From Candidatus Scalindua sp. (GTDB taxonomy: Bacteria > Planctomycetota > Brocadiia > Brocadiales > Scalinduaceae), in assembly GCA_031316235.1 (NCBI GenBank), contig JALDRA010000001.1, positions 2,400,001 to 2,432,000 of the forward strand: a stretch of DNA of 32,000 bases, read 5' to 3'. Numbering within the stretch: the first letter of the stretch is position 1; every line of letters begins with the position of its first letter. Positions 25,081-32,000 of the stretch are shown piece by piece. The notes beneath the pieces were generated by a model. The model did not search any database, was not told the DNA's origin, and worked only from the letters and a program-made list of their open reading frames with translations. The position numbers were made by a program, and so were the translations under genes.

Positions 25081-26562
25081 TCATTTGTAGCCAATACTAT
25101 CCAACTGCACCTCCCTCACGGCGATCTCCGGGGCGATTACGGCCACCTTTGATCCCCAAACAGACGTAGATCTCCTTTCTTTTGAAATACCAATGATGTT
25201 TTGAAGCATCTCTTTTATATTAGCATTAATTCGTATGGTATTCGGCGCCAGGGGAGTAGATATTTTCCCGTCCCTTATCAGAAAAGAGTCAGCTATTATT
25301 GTACTTGTGAAGTCTCCAATGGTTAAACCATTGATAGGATAGGTATACCAGATCCTCCCGATATACACACCATTATTTACCAGCTGAAGCAGTTCATCTC
25401 CCGCCGTCTCTGTGCTCCCCTCCATTATTACGTTTGTAGGAGATATTCCAGCCTTTACTTTGTAATCTCTCCCACACGAAGTATATCTGAAGCCATTCCT
25501 TGGTATCGGGTGGTAGAGACTGTTTTTCAATTTTTCTGCGAAGTAGCTGTTTGCAAGAAAACCCACCAATGTACCATTTGCTATTAAATCAGTTCTCCCC
25601 GTTGGTATACCCTCACAGGTTATCCTTGTGCTGCCAATTTCTCCCTGTATGGAACCATCATCATAGATATTCAAATCAGGTGAGGATATCTTTTGCCCCA
25701 ACTTTCCAAGAAATGGTGTATTGGAGGAGTTTACTGATGTCAGGTTTAATGAGGGTAACAGGACGTTTGTGGCAATATCGGTAAGAGGTTGGTTTCCGAA
25801 TATTACCGGATATTTCCCGGATTTCATGCGCTTTCCACCTATTGTCCTCACTGCGCTTTCCGCCGCTTCTCTCCCCGCCTCCTCAGGATGAAACCTGTCA
25901 AGATGCGTGCTTAAACTCCACCCGGAACCCTTTACATTTTTTCTCTCAATCATTGCCGTTATATTTGCGGTCAGGGAGGTGGATTCGTCAAAATCATCTA
26001 TTCCACGTGTACTCTTTATAGCCATTCTTTCTTTCAGAATGGTAACGTCCCCACCAATGATAATCGATTTTTTATACCCTCCATGATCAAAGGCCTCAAG
26101 AGAACCCTTCAACACCTTCCATCCCAAATCAACGCTATCTGTTTCGCTGATTTTCATAACAGTATTGTCATGATAGTTCTGCAGGGTCGGAATTGCCATA
26201 GGGTCGGGGAGTGACTTAAAGTCCTGATCAAACACCATGTTTCTTTTTGCCTTTGCCAGGGCTTCCGACACACCATCAATCGTTAAATCATTTGTTACCG
26301 TTCCAAACCCGACTGTTCTTCTGTTCCCCTTCTTGAAAACGACAAGCAGCCCGAGTCCATACGATTGGAGAGACTTTGGCTCCTGGACACCATTACAGGG
26401 AATGTCGGATGTGTAGCTGGTGCGTATGGTTATCAGGTCATTCCATGAAGCGAAAATCTCTGCGTCGGCTACATCTTTTTTCCCCTTCAGGTAGTGTAAT
26501 GCATCATGGACAGATGTCCTTAAATCTTCTATTTTGATCATAACAATCCTCGTAATTGTCAA
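25081..26562 (-). CDS. pmbA: PmbA/TldE-family protein (TldD/PmbA metalloprotease partner)
   Basis: 493-aa ORF with the TldD/PmbA fold pattern (GFRYTSCGRDY, PTNVIMEG, NGVYIGRIWYTYPING). It lacks HExxxH and sits beside the tldD-like gene. The start could be M8. Confidence 0.8.
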   Translation of the reverse strand: MTITRIVMIKIEDLRTSVHDALHYLKGKKDVADAEIFASWNDLITIRTSYTSDIPCNGVQEPKSLQSYGLGLLVVFKKGNRRTVGFGTVTNDLTIDGVSEALAKAKRNMVFDQDFKSLPDPMAIPTLQNYHDNTVMKISETDSVDLGWKVLKGSLEAFDHGGYKKSIIIGGDVTILKERMAIKSTRGIDDFDESTSLTANITAMIERKNVKGSGWSLSTHLDRFHPEEAGREAAESAVRTIGGKRMKSGKYPVIFGNQPLTDIATNVLLPSLNLTSVNSSNTPFLGKLGQKISSPDLNIYDDGSIQGEIGSTRITCEGIPTGRTDLIANGTLVGFLANSYFAEKLKNSLYHPIPRNGFRYTSCGRDYKVKAGISPTNVIMEGSTETAGDELLQLVNNGVYIGRIWYTYPINGLTIGDFTSTIIADSFLIRDGKISTPLAPNTIRINANIKEMLQNIIGISKERRSTSVWGSKVAVIAPEIAVREVQLDSIGYK

Positions 26563-26752
26563 TACGATATCATTTGTAATGAGAAGTCTGTACAGAAAAT
26601 TGATCCAATCCTTTGAGGGCTCTTACAGGAAACGATTGACCCTTCATTTTTTTTGATCAATTAAGGTTCAGTCTGGGTTTTATCCCAATTCGTATGAATA
26701 AAAAAATCTCAAATCTGAAATCCTACTCCGACAGGTGCGGATCAGGAGTTGT

Positions 26753-28294
26753 TCAACACCCAGCCAGCCTTGCCTTACTCCGGAGGGTCGGCCCTCCGTT
26801 TCCGACCCTCATAATCTGCATCGGCTGTCCTTTCCCACAATTTGGAATGGGAAACATCTTGAAGTCATTTCCTGCAGCATCAACATTCATAAGAAAATCT
26901 TTAGAATTTGCCATTATGCCTCCCCCCCGGTAAAGTTTACCAAGTTTACCGTTTTCAATCTTATACACCTTCTGCGCTGAGATTCTGAAGTTCTCCCTGG
27001 ATTCACTTATGGATGGTGTTCGATGGTTATGAATATAATAGCCATCTTTTACCTCTTTGATGATGTGTTCCGGATCTTTCCGTCCCGGCCCGAAGATAGT
27101 ATTTGTCATCCTGACTAACGGTACCATCGATGGGACCGTTGCCCTCATGGATCCATTCGGTTTGTGCCCGAGAATTGCAGCAGTTTCCCTGCCATTCAAA
27201 AAAGTCTTTAAAATGCCATCTTTAATGACTGCTATAGCTTTCGCGGGAGTTCCTTCGGCATCATAGGTATAGTAACCGTATCCCATTCTCGTTGGATCTG
27301 AAAATGCGTTTACCAGCGGAGACGCTACCCTGTTTTCCAGTTCATTTCTCTCCGGACTCTCAAAAAGCCATGTCCTGCCTGCATAGGCAGTTTCCATTTT
27401 CAAGACCCTGTCAGCTTCGGCAGGATGTCCAACTATTTCGTGTACAAGCAGTGTGTTATAGTGAGGGTTTGTGACAACAACAACTTCCTCTTCTGTAGTT
27501 TTTAGAAACTCTGCACCGGCAAGCTCAACCGTATCCCTCGTTCTCTCAAGTGCAAAATCAAGAAAGCTGCAGTTATAACAATTCTTTCCTTCGATTACCT
27601 CCCAACCTCTTACATCACCGATATAATCATAACCAACTTCCGGAATTGCTTCTCCTTGTTGTGCTGAGAGATACACAACACCCTGCGTTACCGGAAGTGA
27701 CTGATCTATGACAGCACCTTCAGAACTGCAAAAGAGTTCTCTGGTTATACCTGTCCTGATCGTTGCAGCAGCAAACTGGACCGAAGGATCAAGGGCTTTC
27801 ATCTGCAGGGAAGTGTTCACAGTCGTTTTAAGTATCTTCTGTAGTGGAACACCCCGCGGATCTATGTCGAAATCTGCCGGAATGGTATCCTGGCACACCT
27901 TGATCTCTGCAAGCCTGACCTCTGCTAATGCATGAGCAATTTTTTTAAATTCTGATTTCCTCTTTGCATTTGCCCTGGCTCTCCCACATGCAGTATCGAT
28001 ACCTGACAAAAGTAACTGTGCCAGATCCCTCTCATTTAAATCCTTCTTTCCCAGGGATTGGCCATAAAAACCCCAGGAGGCCAGTTCTCCTGCAATTACC
28101 CGTATACCAAAAGAGGCTTCGTAATCATCTACCGCCTCCTTTGATATTCCATTTTCAGACCTGGCCGATTTGAATTCATGTATTCCCAATCTGAGGTCAA
28201 GATAGTTCATCTCTCTCAGAGAGGAAACCTGTTTCTGCACTATTTCAGAAACAGCCCTCTTGAGCGTATCAATAATCTTGATTTCCGGTTTCAT
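26753..28294 (-). CDS. tldD: TldD-family metalloprotease
   Basis: 513-aa ORF with HEIVGHPAEADR (HExxxH), the G-rich C-terminus NCGKGQPM, and MRVGNGGPTL. Confidence 0.85.
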   Translation of the reverse strand: MKPEIKIIDTLKRAVSEIVQKQVSSLREMNYLDLRLGIHEFKSARSENGISKEAVDDYEASFGIRVIAGELASWGFYGQSLGKKDLNERDLAQLLLSGIDTACGRARANAKRKSEFKKIAHALAEVRLAEIKVCQDTIPADFDIDPRGVPLQKILKTTVNTSLQMKALDPSVQFAAATIRTGITRELFCSSEGAVIDQSLPVTQGVVYLSAQQGEAIPEVGYDYIGDVRGWEVIEGKNCYNCSFLDFALERTRDTVELAGAEFLKTTEEEVVVVTNPHYNTLLVHEIVGHPAEADRVLKMETAYAGRTWLFESPERNELENRVASPLVNAFSDPTRMGYGYYTYDAEGTPAKAIAVIKDGILKTFLNGRETAAILGHKPNGSMRATVPSMVPLVRMTNTIFGPGRKDPEHIIKEVKDGYYIHNHRTPSISESRENFRISAQKVYKIENGKLGKLYRGGGIMANSKDFLMNVDAAGNDFKMFPIPNCGKGQPMQIMRVGNGGPTLRSKARLAGC

Positions 28295-28720
28295 TTTTCT
28301 CCATGGTGTACCTATTGCACATTGATATTCGGTTTTCAGGACCCGATTTCACAAGGACTTCACCTTTTTCTCAATCACACAGTCCTTGGCGGTTTTTCCC
28401 AAATCTTGATTACTGATATTGCCTGTATCAGGCCTCTTACTTCCTGATGGTTTTGAAAATCTGAAGCGGCTATCATCTCTGCCAGATACCCTTGTATGCT
28501 TCAGTTCAATTGCAAGTATCTTACTTTTTTCAAATAGCTCTTCTCTCAGCAAGGCAGACTTTTATTGAAAGAACAATGGAAAAATTATAATTACGCAAAT
28601 TCTTAACCGGACACTACTGATAAATACAATACTTACAGAAAATATGATTTTATTTACTTGGAACTTTATGGTAATACAAGAATGCCTTATATGAAAAATC
28701 CTTTGCACTACCGCTGCCAC

Positions 28721-29104
28721 TTAATAACGGCTCTCTCCTCTTTGTGGCGTCTGTCGTTCTATCCTTTGGTATTTTTCCCTATTCTGTGGTTCTGTCCTTT
28801 GGTATTTATCCTTATATGGTTCCTGTTTCTTTTCGGGGGAGGTATATTTATCTGGGTGCTCCCTATACTCGTTTGCACATTCTTCACAACACAGCCTTAT
28901 ACTGTTACCGTCTTCTTCAACTTCAACAGGCTTCCCCATACTGTCAACGGCCTTTCCACAAACCTTACAGGTATCAACAGACTCCTCTGAAGCAGAGGCC
29001 TGCTTAATACCGAAGCAACTGTTGACAGATGAAATATTACCCTCATAAGGATACATAAGCACAAAAGCACCAGCAAGAGCACTTACTATATATCCAATAC
29101 GCAT
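28721..29104 (-). CDS. Small secreted Cys-rich protein with a YHS/TRASH-like metal-binding motif
   Basis: Signal peptide MRIGYIVSALAGAFVLMY, then CKVCGKAVDSMGKPVEVEEDGNSIRLCCEECANEYREHPDKY (C-x2-C...C-x3-C). The basic tail has an imperfect KYQR(T/I)E repeat. Confidence 0.6.
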   Translation of the reverse strand: MRIGYIVSALAGAFVLMYPYEGNISSVNSCFGIKQASASEESVDTCKVCGKAVDSMGKPVEVEEDGNSIRLCCEECANEYREHPDKYTSPEKKQEPYKDKYQRTEPQNREKYQRIERQTPQRGESRY

Positions 29105-29494
29105 AATAATTTAACTCCTTTCAGAAAATCCTTAAATACAATTATAATAAAGTACTTATATTATAATTGCTACCGATAGGGTTTACCAAACAAAAACCGC
29201 TACCGTATTTCTATCACACAAAGACTAATCCCCGATAAATCTGCAAAGTCCTCAACCGGCCGGCTACCGTCATATTCACTCTCCAATATTGGTTTCGTAT
29301 TGTTATAAATCATCAGTAACGTCCGGTTAGGAATTTGCACGTGCGGCTTTTGTAATACCCGAGTGCTTTTATCGGGTATCCAGAGAGTCTCATTCATCCT
29401 GGATTCCCGCTAAAAACATGCGGGAATGACATCTTTTGAGCAATAAATTAAATACGCAAAAACCTAACCGGACACTACTGGATTTTTCTAAAAA

Positions 29495-29571
29495 CCAAAG
29501 CCTGGTTGCTGCTATACGCACTCCATTTTTTTTCCGGAGTATTATCCGAAAACCATTATAAGATGAGTATA
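29495..29571 (+). repeat. AT-rich MITE family, 5'-truncated short variant, copy H
   Basis: ctaaaaaccaaagcctggttgctgctatacgcactccattttttttccggagtattatccgaaaaccattataagatgagtata aligns with the right two-thirds of copy E. Confidence 0.7.
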
Positions 29572-29800
29572 TCAACTTGAATCAGGGGCACCTGCAATAC
29601 CTGATCCGCATCCTGCAATGGGTATAGGTTACGATTTTAATGGTGGTAATACTATATTTTCACGTGAATAAAAATTTTTGCTGAATTTATTACATTCCCT
29701 GATATAATGACTTTTCAATAATTGGCTTCATTACTATGGATAGTACAGTTGCTCTTTCAGCCTGGAATATCGGTAAATTTTATAGGATATCTTGAAACCT

Positions 29801-32000
29801 ATGGCTTTTGACATAGACATAATAAAGAGTGTTTACAAAAAAATGGGTGAGCGGGTAGAGAGTGCCCGAAAGCTTCTCGGCCGGCCGCTTACGTTGACAG
29901 AAAAAATACTGTATTCTCATCTGAGTGACCCCGTATGCGCAAAGGCGTATGAGCGGGGAAATTCTTACGTCGATTTTCGACCGGACCGGGTTTCCATGCA
30001 GGACGCAACTGCCCAGATGGCACTTTTACAATTTATGATGGCAGGCAAGGAGAAGACGGCGGTGCCTGCCACGGTGCATTGCGACCATTTAATACTGGCA
30101 AAGGAAAGTGCCGGGCCGGATCTTGAAAAGTCAAAAGTGACGAACAGGGAAGTATTTGATTTCCTCGCCTCTGTTTCAAACAAATACGGTATCGGTTTCT
30201 GGAAACCCGGAGCAGGCATAATCCATCAGGTGCTGTTCGAAAACTATGCGTTTCCCGGGGGGATGATGATAGGTACTGATTCTCATACGCCAAATGCAGG
30301 CGGTCTGGGTATGATTGCCATCGGGGTAGGGGGAGCTGATGTGGTGGACGTAATGGCAGGCATGCCGTGGGAACTGAAAATGCCGAAAATGATCGGCATA
30401 CGGCTGACGGGCAAAATGAGTGGGTGGACATCTGCCAAGGACGTAATCCTGGCGATTGCCGGTATTCTCACGGTAAAGGGCGGAACCGGATGCATAGTGG
30501 AATACTTTGGTGACGGCGCACACGAAATTTCCTGTACGGGGAAAGGTACAATATGCAATATGGGAGCGGAGGTCGGCGCAACTTCCTCGATATTTGAATA
30601 TGACAAGAAAATGAAAGCGTATCTGGAAGCAACCGGAAGGTCAGATATCGCTGAATTGGCCGATGAAATGGCCGTACACTTACGCTCTGACGATGAGGTG
30701 CATGAAAATCCCGAAGAATTTTACGATCAGTTAATCGACCTTAATCTCTCAGAACTGGAACCCCATATTAACGGTCCGTTTACCCCGGATTTATCATGGC
30801 CTGTTTCTCAATTCAGCAAAGCAGTAAAAGAGCAGGATTGGCCTGATAATCTTGAAGTAGGGCTGATCGGTTCCTGTACAAATTCATCATATGAAGACAT
30901 CAGCAGAGCAGCTTCCATTGCCAAACAGGCACTCGTAAAGAATTTGAAGGCAAAAGCGGATTTTATCATTACACCGGGATCGGAACAGGTCCGGTTTACA
31001 ACGCAAAGAGATGGTTTCCTCGATACGTTTGAAAAAATGGGGGGGGTAATCCTGGCAAATGCATGTGGCCCCTGCATAGGTCAGTGGCAGAGACACAACG
31101 AAGATCGAAAACATCGAAACTCTATTATAACCTCATTTAATCGGAATTTTAAAAAACGGAATGATGGCAATCCCAATACCTACGCATTCGTAGCCTCTCC
31201 GGAAATTGTAACTGCCATGGCACTTGGAGGGCGTTTAAGCTTTAATCCACTTGTAGATACCCTGATAAACGAAGAGGGGGAAGAGGTCAAGCTTGATGAA
31301 CCGAATGGAGCTGAATTACCAGGCAATGGCTTTGAAGTGGAAGAATCGGTATACATACCACCCGCAGAAGATGGAAGCAAGGTTGAAGTAACCATTGATC
31401 CGAATTCTAAAAGGCTTGAGCTGCTTTCACCCTTTCACGCATGGGAAGGTGAAGATCTGTACGGGTTGAAATTGTTTATCAAGGTAAAAGGGAAATGTAC
31501 TACTGACCACATCTCCATGGCCGGATACTGGCTGATGTACCGGGGACATCTGGACAGCATATGCCAAAACTTGATGCTGGGTGCGGTGAACTACTTTAAC
31601 GATACTGCCAACCTGGTGAAAAATGCATTGACCGGTTCATATGACGAGGCCTCCAAGGTGGCTCGTTATTACAAAAACGCCGGCGTTGGTTCCGTGATTT
31701 TTGGGGACGAAAATTACGGAGAAGGGAGTTCCAGGGAGCATGCCGCCATGGAACCGCGCCACATGGGTATTCGTGCCGTTATCGTCAGGTCGTTTGCGAG
31801 AATCCACGAAACAAACCTCAAAAAACAGGGAATTCTGGCTCTTACCTTTATCGACCCTGAAGATTATGAAAAGGTACAAGAAGACGACACTGTCGATATC
31901 CTTGGATTAAAAAGTTTCGCGCCTGATACCAGATTGACCATTCGGCTCAATCACGCAGACGGCAGCACCGATGAGTTCCAGGTGCATCACACCTATAACC
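29801..32000 (+). CDS. Aconitate hydratase (mitochondrial-type aconitase), 5' portion of about 733 codons; runs off the right edge
   Basis: My own translation from the ATG at 29801: [41 protein letters not shown]...[19 protein letters not shown]...VHCDHLI...[15 protein letters not shown]...[15 protein letters not shown]...[11 protein letters not shown]...[10 protein letters not shown]...SFNRNF. The Fe-S cysteines and substrate-binding motifs are present. It is absent from the ORF track because no stop lies in the window. Confidence 0.9.
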   Translation, partial: MAFDIDIIKSVYKKMGERVESARKLLGRPLTLTEKILYSHLSDPVCAKAYERGNSYVDFRPDRVSMQDATAQMALLQFMMAGKEKTAVPATVHCDHLILAKESAGPDLEKSKVTNREVFDFLASVSNKYGIGFWKPGAGIIHQVLFENYAFPGGMMIGTDSHTPNAGGLGMIAIGVGGADVVDVMAGMPWELKMPKMIGIRLTGKMSGWTSAKDVILAIAGILTVKGGTGCIVEYFGDGAHEISCTGKGTICNMGAEVGATSSIFEYDKKMKAYLEATGRSDIAELADEMAVHLRSDDEVHENPEEFYDQLIDLNLSELEPHINGPFTPDLSWPVSQFSKAVKEQDWPDNLEVGLIGSCTNSSYEDISRAASIAKQALVKNLKAKADFIITPGSEQVRFTTQRDGFLDTFEKMGGVILANACGPCIGQWQRHNEDRKHRNSIITSFNRNFKKRNDGNPNTYAFVASPEIVTAMALGGRLSFNPLVDTLINEEGEEVKLDEPNGAELPGNGFEVEESVYIPPAEDGSKVEVTIDPNSKRLELLSPFHAWEGEDLYGLKLFIKVKGKCTTDHISMAGYWLMYRGHLDSICQNLMLGAVNYFNDTANLVKNALTGSYDEASKVARYYKNAGVGSVIFGDENYGEGSSREHAAMEPRHMGIRAVIVRSFARIHETNLKKQGILALTFIDPEDYEKVQEDDTVDILGLKSFAPDTRLTIRLNHADGSTDEFQVHHTYN

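Noticed and set aside
28349-28552. A 67-aa minus-strand ORF with a TTG start lies upstream of tldD.
   Set aside because: I recognise no motif and the start is non-canonical. It may simply be 5' UTR of the tldD-pmbA operon, so it is not reported as a feature.
28658-28990. A hydrophobic 110-aa plus-strand ORF (and ORF 28744..29007) lies antisense to the TRASH/YHS-like gene.
   Set aside because: The minus-strand ORF has a signal peptide and a C-x2-C...C-x3-C metal-binding motif. The plus-strand hydrophobicity is explained by reading a K/E/Q-rich gene in reverse. I retain some doubt.
29405-29429. The hairpin attcccgc-N9-gcgggaat might be a terminator.
   Set aside because: The stem is short, there is no convincing U-tract in either orientation, and no supported gene end lies adjacent.
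29965-31395. Several 70-130-aa minus-strand ORFs lie within 29965-31395.
   Set aside because: All are antisense to the aconitase coding frame, which is continuous from 29801 to the window end and carries the canonical motifs.

Overview
The window is a bacterial chromosomal segment. I cannot assign a taxon from the sequence alone. Ordinary housekeeping genes flank a roughly 9 kb, heavily decayed and mosaic Type I restriction-modification (R-M) region at about 5.2-14.3 kb.

Housekeeping genes:
- Left flank: gdh, a MarR regulator, an M32 carboxypeptidase and proline iminopeptidase.
- Right flank: ribD, a MidA-like methyltransferase, a DEAD-box helicase, mgtC, dinB-family, a transaldolase-family gene, rluA, an HDOD protein, pmbA/tldD, a TRASH/YHS-like protein and mitochondrial-type aconitase.

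The Type I region holds pieces of at least two, probably three, systems:
- two paralogous hsdM 3' ends, one hsdM that has lost its catalytic core through an in-frame deletion, and hsdS with a single in-frame TAA;
- an hsdR 5' stub, an hsdS 3' tail, and an hsdR with an internal deletion and a 3' truncation;
- embedded cargo: a DUF1016 nuclease pseudogene, a frameshifted DUF4917-like/HEPN-like chimera, an intact DUF3644-like ORF, a frameshifted rhuM, and an intact REP-associated tyrosine transposase (RAYT).

The most unusual signal is a family of G-rich elements made of tandem hairpin units. They have terminal inverted repeats and sit inside coding sequence without breaking the frame. All four copies read as PTPGPS(R/Q)EGNII. 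Two of them bracket a DUF559 (Vsr-like) endonuclease module that has no start or stop codon of its own and is embedded in frame just upstream of helicase motif I of hsdR.

A second, AT-rich, highly structured MITE/REP-like family has at least eight intergenic copies. One of them is a perfect 31-bp-arm palindrome. An apparently intact Type II R-M pair, with an XhoI/PaeR7I-like endonuclease and a beta-class MTase, lies at 17.1-18.8 kb. I saw no rRNA, tRNA or CRISPR array.
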